A DNA stretch of 50,014 nucleotides from Welwitschia mirabilis (taxonomy: Eukaryota): positions 31,297,501 to 31,347,514 of the forward strand of contig JBOZIK010000001.1 of the NCBI GenBank assembly GCA_051453625.1, written 5' to 3'. Of this stretch, positions 1 through 13,050 are shown piece by piece (within the stretch, counting starts at the first letter, position 1; each line of letters starts with the position of its first letter). A program made the translations under genes and the position numbers. The notes under the pieces were generated by a model, which worked only from the letters and a program-made list of their open reading frames with translations, made no database searches and was not told the DNA's origin.

Positions 1-1267
1 CATGCTGGTTTCACAGGTGGGACATCCCACTACTTTTTCTCAGATTTTCACCTCTTAACCTTGCTCGTTCTATAGTCCCATTGCTTAGTGACATCATTGA
101 AACTCTTCATTTTCCCAACAATTCTTACCATAGTCATAAAAGGGGTAGAATTCACAAAGTCTAGGTGAAGGATTGGAATCTATAACCTTTGCTTTAACAT
201 ACCTCCATTGTACTAACTAGGTCCTTTGCAATTGTGTGTCTTAGGTGTGCTGCAAGTCTTTATTGAAGACCAAAGAAGTAAGTAAAGTTGGAATAGCATT
301 GAAATGTAGACATTTTTGGGTATCTGTAGATTTGCCAATCTAGACATTACCAGGCTGGGTTTTCATTAAAATTCAAAAAGGATATGAATATGCCTTCTAC
401 GGTTCTAATATACCTTTTCAAACTAAGTTAGCATTTTTGAGAAATAGTATTTATTATTCAGAAACTCTTGTTTATATGTCCAGGATCAGATTCATAGACT
501 GGGTTTATTCACAATGTGTTAATCTTTTTTTATCATATATGTTCATAATGTAAATTAACTTATAGGTGTTTCATATTTAATATAGTTAACGATACGTCTA
601 GGATTTATACATGTATAAATAACGAATGTATGGTTTCCATGATTTCATCTTCCTAGTATTGAAATGAGATCTTGGATATTTAAGTTGATATGAATATGTG
701 ATTGGAGCATATAACATCGTCTTCTCTTCTTAGGCATTGCAGCTGTTGTATGTACTCGTACTACATTGTATGGTTGTGAATCATATTGTTTTTATATCGA
801 TTAGAAACTTTTCATCAAGAGGCACCCTGCTCATATTTCCTTTTGTTGACTACAAACAGTGTGTTACAGATTAATATAATGTCTGTTATGGACTGTATCA
901 TTATTTTTCATTTATAAATACTTTGATACACTCGGGTTTGTTATGGGTTTGTGTATTTATTTCTTTTATGAATGTTTTCATTATGCTCTATGATGCAAAT
1001 TAACAATCCTTAACCATGCATGGTTGCCTTTGGTTATATGACCTCCACTAAGGTTCACATTCTATCATTCCCCTTCAAACTTGAATGGGGAAGATTTTCC
1101 TTAAGTTATTTAAAGAGTTTTTTTTTTTTTTTTTTTGCCTTTAGCCTCAAATAAATAAAGCAATAGGCAAAAATGAGATGCTTGCAAGCTGAAACATTGT
1201 TGGTTTTATAGGCAGGTATGGGGTGAACTTAAATGAACGCAATGACTGAAAATAAACAAGAGGATAA

Positions 1268-1498
1268 AAAACTCATGGGTGGCCCCTAGTTGCCTGTTAG
1301 CTTGCCACCAATTTTTCAACTCTCACTTGTCATTTGTACACAAGATGTTTAAGGATGTGCTTGAGTGCACTTTGAATATATGAGTAACTTTTAAGTTAAT
1401 TCAATACCTAATATTTTATTTATTGCATGTAAATATCATCTGGGCAAGCAAAACAGTAACTGTGGCAAGTTTAGTATGGTTTCCCATGAATTAACTTC
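1268..1498. repeat. Fragments of the foldback/long-TIR family also found at 12 kb and 26.5 kb
   Basis: AAAACTCATGGGTGGCCCCTAG (1268) matches GAAAACCCATGCGTGGCCCTTG (12390). CATGAATTAACTTC near 1485 matches the inner arm ends near 12189 and 26506. Confidence 0.6.
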
Positions 1499-3647
1499 TT
1501 TTAAAAAAAAAATCACTTCAAAGTTACTCGATATGCAAAACTTGAACGATGAGAAGCAGAGAAGAGTTGAACTTTTAAAAATACTCTTACTTCATTTCTT
1601 CAAAACTAGGCTCGAAAGTTTGAAGGCCCGGTTGGATTCTTGAGTTCATTCTTCAACTAGCTATGATTTAATCAAGTCGCTTTCCTTATTATCCTAAATT
1701 TGAGCTTTAAGCTCTATTGCTTTAATTCTCACATTTTTGTTTGATTTATTTGTTTTCCTTCTTATAGGCTTCAATTTCAAGTTCTTTGGTTGTCACATTA
1801 AATGAGCATTGTTGCTTTGGCTTCCATCTCAACATCACCAGCCCTCATTGGATTTGCAATGTACATTTGCAAATCCTTAATCTTATTTTCAAGATGACCT
1901 TCTTTTACCTTCGATTCATTGCTTCTTGTGGGGAGTTGTTTGTTGGAATCCTTGGGTCATTGAACTTGATTTGGTTCTCTTCCTTGTAAAATCTGCATTT
2001 AGCTTGTGGTCTTTTTTACTTCATCGATTGTTGTTTTTCTGCAATTGGTGTTCTTTGTGCTTTCATCAATTCATTGAAGTTCTGTTGTACAATTCTTGTT
2101 CGTTAGGGTGTGAAGCAATGCATCGTGTTACAGTTCTCATGTTATTGACATGTTGTAATGTTGTAAAATGAGGTTAGCCTTTGGTAGTCCGTTTACATCA
2201 GGTAATAAAAAGTTAAAAACTGTAAAGTGAGATCTGTAAGCGAGGCTCAAGATTTTCAAGCTTGGTTTGGATTATAACCCTAATCCTATTTAAAGAGCTT
2301 GGATCCTTGCACATTGTAGTTGCAAAACAGCTCATTTGCATAAGTGATAGTAGACCTCTTCCTTTTCTGGTAGATGTTGCCTCGGTTATGGAGGGGTTTA
2401 CCACATATTTATATGTCTTGTGGCTCTTATTTTTCATAGTTTTATGCTTGTTGGTTTTTCCATTGTTGGGCCTAAACTTCTGATTTCATAACATCATTAA
2501 CCTTTAGGGATTCAAGCTTTGCACTGTAAATATATGTGTCCTCTTTTACTTCTTGAAGCAAGTATTCTTGAAATTTATCTTTAAACAAAAAATAACAGTT
2601 GATCCTTGGGTGGGAAGTAGTTGGTTCAAAGCCAAGGAAAGAAATTGGGTGCAAGATTATTTCATATCTAGCGTAGCTTTTGTTTTGGAGAGCTAACATT
2701 CTTATTATTAGTGTTGTATTAACCATCATACATCTAAGTGTTCACTTCCAAAAATCAAAAAAGGAAAAAAAGAAAACAGCAAAAAATGTAACTTCTTCTT
2801 GGTATCAATTACTAGATAGTGACAAAGGAAATCATTGCTGTAATGCATATTGTTGTCAAGTTTGTGACTTGTCTAACCAAAACACTTTGGAAGTGACATG
2901 CTTAAAGTCTAGTGCAATGATCACCATTATTGAGTTTGTGCCATCTGTTGACTGTCCACACTCTGGGTTTGTAATCTTTTCCACTAGAGGCCATAGAATG
3001 TGTGACTTCCTTGAGGCTTTCAATGGTGCTGTAGGCAACCAAAAGATGATCAGGAAATTTTGGAATTCAAGTAATGACTCGAGATCAAACTTGAGATTAT
3101 TAAAGGTGCTTAGAGCTAGTGGCTTCAGCGTAATCAAGGTAAAGGAAGCAAAATATATTAACTTGAAAGATGTGAAATTGATTAGAATCCTAGGATTCAA
3201 TGGGGTTCTAACAAAATCAATTAAAAAACTCTTAAAAAAAGGGGAAGAATTAATAACAAAAGAAGCATGAACTAGTAAAATAAGAAATAAAGTGTAGAAA
3301 CAAAGACAACAAATAGAAACTATATTAGTTTTGACATAAACCTACACCACCCTAAGGGGTGAACCTTAGAGAAGCAAGACCAAATAGAGGAAGATTGAAT
3401 CAAATTCTTTTGCAGCATGCTATAAGAAGGAATTAGAAATTTTGTCAACAAAGGGAAATCCAGGAACCTAATATCCAATTTTGCAAGTTCTTAATTATGA
3501 CCAGACAAGCGCAAGAAGTAGAACACGAGAGAAATGAACAGAGAGGGAAACCCAAGAGAAAATGACCAACTTCAAGAAAAGGTTAGAAGATCCTTCTTTG
3601 GAGAAGAGTGCGGGTACTAAGGATCAAACACTCGAAGATGTTATGAA

Positions 3648-4823
3648 CATAGTTAGATGGATCAGATTGTTTGTGAAAGCATTCTTTTCATTTTGGAGAT
3701 CGAGATCGTCAGAATCTTTGGAATCATGTTTTGGATCGATTGGAATCGTGTAGCTAAACAACATTTAAAACTAAAGTTTTCTCGATTTTCGAGAACACTA
3801 TCAAAATATGTTTGTACCTTGTAGAGAGCAACATTATAATACTATCTTACCTTTAACAGTGCATATAACAAGCTAAAGTAACTTGCGAAGATCATAGAAT
3901 ATCATGTCATCACCGTTTCTTTTGACATCCCTAGGTAAACTTTAAGTCATGGAAATCACTTTAGAATCTTGATTTTGATATATAAAACAATGCAATGAAG
4001 GGCAATTTTGTGTTTAAACTATGTAAGAAACTTAGGAATCATTGTTATAAAAAAATGCAGCAGAGCAAAAACAAATTGCAAACATCAAGGCACCAGATTT
4101 AAGTGGAAAACCCCAATGTGGGGAAAAACCATGGAAGCAATGTAGAGCTCTCTTATTATAACGAAAAAGGGAAGGACACAAGCCATCCTCAATAACCAAT
4201 ATTACAATTCTTAACTCCCACACACCTTGTAGCATTCCATGGCTCTCTTTCATTTATATAGATATTCTTTTAGGTTATAAGCCTGAACTCTAACTTTTAG
4301 CACTTTCTAGATGACCCCATTAGACTTCCCTTCTCTCCTTCATATTAAATTACAACAAGAAGGGGACTATCTAAAAATATATAAAGTCAAACTACAAAGG
4401 AATAAATAACATCAAGAGATTTGGCTCCACTTCCAACNNNNNNNNNNNNNNNNNNNNNNNNNNNNNNNNNNNNNNNNNNNNNNNNNNNNNNNNNNNNNNN
4501 NNNNNNNNNNNNNNNNNNNNNNNNNNNNNNNNNNNNNACTACAAAGGAATAAATAACACCAAAAGATTTGGCTTCACTTCCAATAATTGTTTCTTAATGG
4601 ACCATGCGCATTGGAAAATCTTGAGCTTACTATTTCAATAAGCCTACCATCTTTAGTGATCTGGAATTCTTGGAATCACATCAGATCGTGGTACAGAGCA
4701 GATCATCTAGATTGTAATTCAGACACTCTAGATCGTGATTCCCCATTGATTTGGATTATGTTTTCTTGGATCGTGATTCTAGACTGTGCAGATCACGATC
4801 CTGATTTGATTTGCATGACTATG
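3648..4823. mobile_element. Non-autonomous hAT-like element (MITE), interrupted by an LTR element
   Basis: Short inverted termini CATAGTTA (3648) and TGACTATG (ends 4823). Flanks GTTATGAA (3640-3647) and GATATGAA (4824-4831) match at 7/8, an 8-bp TSD. GATCG/GGAATC subterminal repeats cluster at both ends. Confidence 0.75.
4043..4585 (-). mobile_element. LTR retrotransposon (~395-bp LTR; internal part probably collapsed into a 100-N gap)
   Basis: Termini TGTTATAA (4043) and CTTCCAAC/CTTCCAATA. The ~47 bp before the gap (4391-4437) recur with substitutions after it (4538-4585). The 5-bp flanks ATCAT and ATTGT can both derive from ATCGT by CpG decay. Confidence 0.65.
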
Positions 4824-5529
4824 GATATGAATACTAAGATTTCCATGGAAGTCTAAGGCAAGAATTATTGGTAACAAGGTGAAATTAATTATAAAACTTG
4901 TTTTCCAAAAGAAACTATTGATGCAAATTTGTTTCCATAGGCATGGAAGCAAAATAACATCCATTTTCTTAGTTGAGATATCTTTAGCTTGATGAAAATT
5001 AGGTTCCCTAAGAGGGGCCCTTGTACTACACAGTAACTACGGCATAGGGTAGAGCAATGCGGGCTTGGGTCTAGTGTAAATTTTGTGAAATAATAGTAAA
5101 CTGAGGAGGGGAAAAAAAGGAGGGGTGTAAAACTAACTAAAGGATGAAGGGAAAGAGAAAGAAAAGGAATCCCCATGAGGAAGGCTTCATCTTGATTATT
5201 TTAGAGTATCGTGAGAGGGGACTTGGAATAAATCCTTGAGGGTGGGAATAGATATTCTCATGCTGGTCGACTTCCTACAACTAGAGGAGACCAACTTCTA
5301 AATTAGAGGAAGTAAATTCCATTGTTGGTTGGTCTCCTTTTGTCATTACAAATAGCCTTTGCGCTTTGTCAACTCTAGTGTGCCTTTAGGAAAAGGTTCT
5401 AGAGCTTAAGAAAGAACAAGAGCTTTATTAGTTGCACAAGCTAAAATAAAGTCTAGAAATCAATAACACTTTTTATGGAGGGAAGCAAGAACCTAAATAA
5501 GCCTCTTCATTAGTTCTTCCCACTAATTA

Positions 5530-8500
5530 TAGAGGGAGAAATTAGGAGAGGAGGACAACATTTGCAAAGTAAAGGAGAACCTCCTTATAGATGGAGAGAA
5601 GCTCATAATGGAACCCATGAAAGGAGACAATTTAAGGAGAGAGTTAGTAGCATTCACACACATGCACGGATGCGCAGGTGCGTGCACCCGCACACACGCA
5701 CACACGAACGCGCGCGGNNNNNNNNNNNNNNNNNNNNNNNNNNNNNNNNNNNNNNNNNNNNNNNNNNNNNNNNNNNNNNNNNNNNNNNNNNNNNNNNNNN
5801 NNNNNNNNNNNNNNNNNNNNNNNNNNNNNNNNNNNNNNNNNNNNNNNNNNNNNNNNNNNNNNNNNNNNNNNNNNNNNNNNNNNNNNNNNNNNNNNNNNNN
5901 NNNNNNNNNNNNNNNNNNNNNNNNNNNNNNNNNNNNNNNNNNNNNNNNNNNNNNNNNNNNNNNNNNNNNNNNNNNNNNNNNNNNNNNNNNNNNNNNNNNN
6001 NNNNNNNNNNNNNNNNNNNNNNNNNNNNNNNNNNNNNNNNNNNNNNNNNNNNNNNNNNNNNNNNNNNNNNNNNNNNNNNNNNNNNNNNNNNNNNNNNNNN
6101 NNNNNNNNNNNNNNNNNNNNNNNNNNNNNNNNNNNNNNNNNNNNNNNNNNNNNNNNNNNNNNNNNNNNNNNNNNNNNNNNNNNNNNNNNNNNNNNNNNNN
6201 NNNNNNNNNNNNNNNNNNNNNNNNNNNNNNNNNNNNNNNNNNNNNNNNNNNNNNNNNNNNNNNNNNNNNNNNNNNNNNNNNNNNNNNNNNNNNNNNNNNN
6301 NNNNNNNNNNNNNNNNNNNNNNNNNNNNNNNNNNNNNNNNNNNNNNNNNNNNNNNNNNNNNNNNNNNNNNNNNNNNNNNNNNNNNNNNNNNNNNNNNNNN
6401 NNNNNNNNNNNNNNNNNNNNNNNNNNNNNNNNNNNNNNNNNNNNNNNNNNNNNNNNNNNNNNNNNNNNNNNNNNNNNNNNNNNNNNNNNNNNNNNNNNNN
6501 NNNNNNNNNNNNNNNNNNNNNNNNNNNNNNNNNNNNNAAAATTAATATCAAAATGTTTTACATAGTTTAGAAACCCTATTAATTAAAGCTTACAAAATGT
6601 GGGTTATAACACACCCCAATAGAATAATGGTCACCATCATGGGCATTGGGCTTGTACTCATGCAGTGGCCATTATGAGGCCTTCGAGCGGGCATTGGATA
6701 GACTTTAGGAGTTCGTGAGGCAGAAGGCAAAGTAGCATAAAAAGTTCAGTTGATTTTGAGGAGGAAGGGTTCTTCTCACTAAAGTAGAGAAGGCGGGGAG
6801 GGTGAACTCTCATGGATTATGGGAGGGACTGACATCCCATGGAAGATGACTCCAAAATGGGGGATCAAGGAGTAGGGGATTCTGAAGGACTAGGACTAGG
6901 TGTAGACCCAACGGTAATTCGAAAGGATGGGAAGGTAGGAATGAGGGACTGATTCAACATGTGATGATGACCTAGTGACGGGAAAAATAGTTCAGGAACA
7001 AAAAGGGGAGAGCCCAAGACTTTATCCCTAAGGAGCATGGAATGTAGAGAAGACGGATATCGAATGAAGGTTGAAGGAAGGTGGAAGGAAGGCAGTTGAA
7101 GGAGGAAGATGAGAAGGTAAAAGGAAGGATGAGGAATAAGGAGAGTTTGAAAAAGGGGAGGAATGAGAGTGATGAAAAGAGGAAAGAGGCTCCTTCTAAA
7201 TGTTTAGATGCCACTTTCCATGTCCTAGGCATAAAAGGTGTGGAGGAGAAAGCCATAGAGTATGCGAGAAAAGTAAGGAGGTAGAAGGTAAAGAAAGAGG
7301 AGCAATTTACACAATGAAAGTGAAGTGGGGAAACCCTCTTCAAAGGAGGAGAGATCCTTGGTAGGGAGCAGAGAAGATCCATGCCTTGGAGAGAACAAGA
7401 GGTAAACGTCTAAGGGAGATCTGGCAATAGGAGGCGTATTTGGATGGCCTTCCAATCAAACGGGGCCTTCATGCCTTAGGTGTGGAAGGCTAGAAAGGAG
7501 TCCTAGGAACCACACCTAAGGCATGGAAAGCCTAGGAAAAAAGGGCGTAGGAGGAAGCAAACTGGAAAAGAGAAGAGGTAAAAAAAGGATAAAGTGGCAA
7601 AGTAGATGAAGGAAAGAGGGTGGTGAATGAAGGTAAGAGGTCTTCCTTAGGGAAAAGGAAGGAGTCTCTAGCCTTGGCAAGAGGTCTCTGCCAAGGAGAA
7701 GAGAAGAGGGGAGGGGTTCTGAACATGTTGAGGATGCGAATCATTAGAAAATCCTGGAGAAGGGATTGAAGAAATGTTTGTTCTAAAGCAGCTTGTGAGG
7801 ATCCTAAAAGCTAGAGAAGGGCAAGTGGAGATGTGGGGTAAACTCTGATAGAGGAAACGGAATCCCTACTTCCATGCTAAAGGGTGAGGAAAGGAGGAAG
7901 GAGAAGGATCAGAAGAAGGGGATGGGCTTGAAGGCCTTGCCAGGGCTCAGGAAAGGGATGATGGAGATGGGTTTAGGACTAACCCCTAACAAGTAACCTG
8001 GAGGTGAGATGTGGGACCCATAGGGGTTGAGGCTACCCTTTAGAGATAGAGGGCAGATAGTGGGGCCAAAAGCAATTGTTCAAGGTCCAAATATAAGGGA
8101 GGAAGGTGTTTTAGTCAACCTTTGAGTCGGGACAGGAACTACAAGTGAAAAGGGATCCTTCCTTTCATTCCCTAGGCATGGAAGAAATGAGGAGAATCCT
8201 AGGATTCATGCCTTAGGCGTAGAAGAGAGGAAAGGTGATGTGGAGTTGGTAGGATCTAGAGATATTAGTGTTTTAGATAAGAGGAAAAGAAGCAGAGAAA
8301 AAAGTATAAAAAGAAAAATTGCAAAACCCTTAAGAAAATCTTTGTTCTAGCATACCAATTAATAGAAGATTACAATGACGCTTGGTAGCCTTTAAGAGAA
8401 AATACAGGTACGCAAGGATCTTACCTAAGGAATCTTCTCATCAAGTTCCCAACAAAGCGCTCCTCTTAATTTCTCAACTCCAAGGTCTTTCACTTCTCCA

Positions 8501-8853
8501 TGCTCAACTCCAACTCCTAAAGCATAACATTTGTCTCACCATTCACCCTTATTTACACTAATTTCTAAATCGTCTAAACTTAACTCTTACATATTCCCAT
8601 TATTATATGTAAGAGGATCTACTACACCTACAATAAATCTCCTAAAATATTCCCTCATACAATAAAAATATTCACACAACAATAATTATATTCTCTTACA
8701 CAAACCATGAAAATATAATTGTTTTGTACTTTTTTTCACTTACAAATATATATTTAAATACTAAAATGTTTAAATATATATTTTACTTTTTTCCTTAATT
8801 ATTTTTATAATAATCATTCTTATATGATGCTTTTGCATCATACTCTCCACCAA
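5530..8853 (-). mobile_element. Degenerate LTR retrotransposon remnants (Gypsy-like): LTR ~8360-8853, PBS-like site, internal region, second LTR-like block spanning a gap
   Basis: Minus strand starts TGTTGGTGGAGAG at 8853. PBS-like TGGTATGCTAG lies at 8358-8348. The internal region is strongly purine-skewed with recurring CATGCC(T)TAGG palindromes. An LTR-like terminus GTGGGTTATAACA ends at 6611. No intact ORF. Confidence 0.55.
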
Positions 8854-9149
8854 CAAAAATGTGGCTACTAGCCAAGCAGGGGCATGTTTTCACTATAGTC
8901 GAACCCATCATAAGAAGCTTAATTGATGATTCCTCCTTTGGTTGCAATTCAGTGTAGTAGGTTGTTTCTCATGGACTCTCATGACTCATCATAAAGTCTT
9001 TAGTTGATGACGACTCCTTTGACTACATCTTCTTCAAGCTTACATGAAACTTGTTCACAAGGTACCTTCCTATACCTTGTTGCAGTCACACTCACCCTCC
9101 TTGCCTTTGTGCTTTCTTTCCTTCAAAGGGGCATGAGACCCATAGGTTA

Positions 9150-9533
9150 AGGATTCAATGTTGGGAGAAACCTGTACAGCTGAGGGGTGGGAAGATCAGG
9201 GAAGGTATTTTTTTTAACAAAAAAAAAGGAGATAGAAAAAAGGGGAAAAAAGTGCCAAAACTATTAGAATGAGCTGGAGAATGTGTGGAGAGGGTGCAGA
9301 AGGCTCTTTCTATGTCCTAGGCATGGAAGAGACCAAAGGAGACCCTCCCTTCCATGCCTAGGTTGTGGAAGGAAAGCGAGGAACTCTTTAAAGATTGGGG
9401 GAAGGAGGGTTGGAGGAGGCAAATTTTAAGGAAATGACAGGAAGAAAGGTGAAAAGAGAATTGCTTGAAGTTGAGGAAAGGGACTCCAACAAGGAACGGT
9501 CCCTCTCTGAGGGGGGTCAGGTTGGGTGACAAC
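9150..9533 (-). mobile_element. Fragment of the same retroelement family as 6.6-8.3 kb
   Basis: Same purine skew and CCTAGGCATGGAAG motif, with a perfect 14-bp inverted repeat at 9316-9329/9349-9362. Ends in an LTR-like GGGTGACAACA. Confidence 0.5.
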
Positions 9534-9939
9534 AGAAAGCAATTGATTGCTAGAGTGAATAGGTTTCCTAAAGCAACATGTCACATTTCATAAAAGAAAC
9601 AAGGCTACTAGAAACCAAAACAAATGGTATGTGGTGGGTGGTATGTAATGTGTGACAAGTAGTGAAGCAGAAATGAGGTAATCACGAGAAGAATTCCAAA
9701 ATGAAAGGATCATGTTGAAAGAAGTTCAGAAATGGATACAGTAGGACAAATTCAACCGTACAAAAACATGAACTCAACAACCAAAAAAATGGTAGTGTCA
9801 TTAAGAAATGAACAATGTGAAGCGTCATTTAAGATTTATTTTAAAAAAAAGTTAGTAAGGTTTTGCCTTAACAATAAAGTAGTTGGAAAGCAGGAAGCAA
9901 TTAAAAAGATGTAACAGTTTCAAAACAATCATAAATAGA

Positions 9940-12900
9940 GGCTAAAGCTCATATTCAAAGAATGTGAGTGAGTGGATAAATAAAATGTAAGAACAGAGAA
10001 CAAGATGAGTATTGTGGACTCCTGAACCATTGAAGCTTTTGAAGCTTTGAACTTGAAGATCTTGATGCTGCATGAACAAACAAGATGTTAAAGAAGCAGA
10101 CAAAAGCTTGATGAAAGAGTTAACAAAAGTAAAGGAGTACAATGTGAAATCAATCTAGTTCTGCTTATATCTTTCCAAAAATCTGTGATCAACTGGAAGG
10201 CGACACCACAAGAAGTTGAGAATCAAGAAACCAAGGAGGTACAAGATTTTCTTCAATGATTGCCAAACCAATGACCGCCAAAATGAGGAACTTGGAAGTC
10301 CCAAACATTCCAAATGCTGTGTAATTTCTTGGAACCAATTGAAAAATGAAACCAAGAAAACCTTATCCGTTGTTCAAAACCATCCGTTCACATTCATGGT
10401 TTTAGAAAATGTGAAGCCAGTACCATTTCCATAGACATTAAATCATGGTTAACGAGTGAAGTTTTTAACTAGTTTTTAACTTTCTGGTACACTAAAACCA
10501 TTCGGTAAAGTAGTGAAAAAGGGGAAGTGCATGTGACTTGATGAAAGGTAAAATATCTTTCACCCAATTGGAAAAAAATCTCACCTACCATAGTTTTGAT
10601 GCTTAAATGCTCCAAAGCAAACTGATTCTAGAAACTTTGTTTAAAAGGAGTCAGAAAACAGTGATTTTTCACTTTCAACTAAAAGTTCTATTGTGAATTG
10701 ACTACAGAATGCTTGTAGAGGGATCTGCAGAGTGATTGTGGAGCAAGCATGGCTTTCACCTTTTGCTTTTCCTTTCCTTATCAATTGCTATTGCAATTTA
10801 TGATGTCAAAAGATAGAGGTTTTGGAACACTTAGAATTAGCAGCCTTAGATCCACATCTGCTACTTCATGAGATGCTTTAGCCAAGAACTTTGCTGGAAC
10901 CACTTAAAGCATGGCTAGAACAAACCCTAGGTTAAAAAATCAAAGTTCTTTCACCTGTGGAGGTAATGGCTGTGATGAAACCAGTACCTACATTTGACTT
11001 TACTTACTTTTAAGCAGTTTGCTTTGTGGCAGTTTTCAGGTGAAGAGAATGCAGCAGGAAATGTGGACTTGTTCCCCACACAATGATTCCAACACCTGCT
11101 TTGGACATGGGCCATCTTGGCTTGTAGTTGTCCATTAACGGAGACAACACTATTGAAATTTTTTCCAAAAGTCAACTCAAGCATTTTAAACAAATCTCGA
11201 AATTGATTTCTCTACTTCGCAGTGATTTTTTGAAAAATCAAGTTCGATTGCATGACAATATAAAAGAATGGTCCTGCAGTTGCAAAATGTTCAGTCAATG
11301 TTTTCAGCACAGATTAGACAAGAAAAATGGCAGCTGGGTTGGTTCAACTTCAAATTTGAAACTGATATATTGCTGCTTGTGCGAAACCCTTATTGCACAA
11401 ATAATGCCAACAGGAAAAAACAATGATGGGTACTTGGACATAACTTTACATGATAGATCATGCAATGCAAGCAAAAGGTCAGTCTTGTTTGTTGCCATGG
11501 GATGTAAACGATTCTTTTAGTGCAAACAAAGGGATGGTCTCATTTCTTGCTGTGGCATGTAAAAGTGTTTCTATTGCAAATTGATATTTTTATGTTGAAA
11601 CTAATAAGAAAAAGTCATATTTCATAGTTAATATGTTCATGGATGATTGCAATATTGTTGGAAACTACAATGTTGGAGTTACAAGTGAAGGCATGTAACA
11701 GGAACAAAATTGACAAATTTGTATTGAAACTTCGCAAAGAAGGGCAACTGAAGTCATGATATTCCTTTTCTCTGGAAATTTTTAATCAACTTAATACTTT
11801 CACCAAGCTTTATAAGAGTCTTTGACTAGCCCCAGCAATAGAAATGGGCAAGAGAGAATGCATAGGTGCTTCCATGGAACCACAAAACCTAAAGCCAAAA
11901 CCAAGAGAAAAGTAATAAGGAAGTGCAAGACACCCAACTTAGCTTGAATATTCCACAACTTATCCTTTAGTATGTTGCTCTATTTTCATCTCAATGTCTT
12001 AAGGTTGAGACTTACAGTTCGTAGATTGGCTTGTGGTTTTACCTCTGTATTCAAGTTGCATTTAATGCATACTTCAATGGCTGGGGCATCAATCAGAGAT
12101 GAGACCTGAGCATTTGGTTGCCACTTCCCAAGCTACTGAGGGCCACCCATGGGTTCTCATCTGGTAAAGCCTAGAGTGGTAGTCCTTTATGAATTAACTT
12201 CCATTTTATTCCCTTGTTTGTTAAATTCTTATGTTGACCCCTATGGTTGTAAAAGGTGGTTGGGTTATAAAATCACCTTGGGATTGCTTTTAAGATAAAG
12301 CCTTTTTTCGGTCCATTCTTAGGTTGGAGAAGTTAATTCATGGAAACCTGTAGTGCACTTGTCAAGGTCACTGATTTGCTTGGCTCAATGAAAACCCATG
12401 CGTGGCCCTTGTCGGCCTGGGAATTGGCCGTCAAATTTTCAGGTCACACGTGATTTATGCCCAAAACGTTACATAGGATTTGTCAATTCATTACCTATCT
12501 CTGTTGTATTTATACCCCTTAGACATTGAGGCATGCATCTGCTGGTGTTGGATATGTGCTTCATATCTATTTCTATTTTCAGAAGCTTTCTCCTTTTAAA
12601 AATGAGATCTGTACTGCATTCTTAAGGACAGGCTAGAAAGGGCCTGGACCTAGTTAAATGTCTTGTGTGTCTTCATTTCTCTTTGCATTTTGTTCTTCCT
12701 TTATGGTTGCAGTTGTTTTGTTAATAGATGAGTTACACACCATTTATAGAAGAATAAAAGAAAATTTTGCAACCAGAAACAAACAAAATAATAGAGCATA
12801 AAACTTGAAAGCAACAGCTTGAGACATGTGTTACACTTCTTCAAGGGGAAATTGACAAAAAGCAAAGCTAGAATCTTCAGCTTGAAGGTGAGAAGTGATA

Positions 12901-13050
12901 TCTGGAGTAAAAAATCAAGAAACTTGGAGATCAAGTAAAGAGGTTACAGCAAGAAGCAGTGAAACTAGTTTTGGAAACAACAGCTACAAACGGATGGGCC
13001 CTCGAACCCAGCAAACCTGATCCACATATTGATGATGATGATGAATGAAA
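9940..13050 (+). pseudogene. Degenerate multi-block coding remnant, probably transposon-associated
   Basis: Codon-like blocks with scattered stops: WSCSCKMFSQCFQH (SWIM-finger-like, ~11270), NKIDKFVLKLRKEGQLKS* after an acceptor-like AACAG (~11700), and a coiled-coil-like block ending PDPHIDDDDE* (~12800-13048). Identity not established. Confidence 0.35.
11985..12525. mobile_element. Foldback/long-TIR non-autonomous element, copy 1
   Basis: Arms ~12091-12201 and ~12329-12455 are inverted copies (GAGGGCCACCCATGGGTTCTCAT vs ATGAAAACCCATGCGTGGCCCTT; perfect ATGAATTAACTTC/GAAGTTAATTCAT). Outer CTCAATGTCTTAAGG pairs with CCTTAGACATTGAG. Confidence 0.7.

Noticed and set aside
168-225. tRNA-like A/B boxes on the minus strand (similar B-box-like words near 2625, 21055, 31370 and 36040)
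   Set aside because: No cloverleaf can be folded. At most these are decayed SINE heads, too weak to call.
2680-3270. 196-aa ORF, the longest gap-free ORF
   Set aside because: It has a non-ATG start, crosses an A-rich tract and compositionally different blocks, and shows no recognisable domain. A decayed exon at ~2820-3060 cannot be excluded.
5523-6570. Long ORFs spanning N runs (also at 18.3-19.3, 27.5-27.8, 28.9-29.6, 45.5-45.7 and 49.3-49.6 kb)
   Set aside because: They are artefacts of translating assembly gaps.
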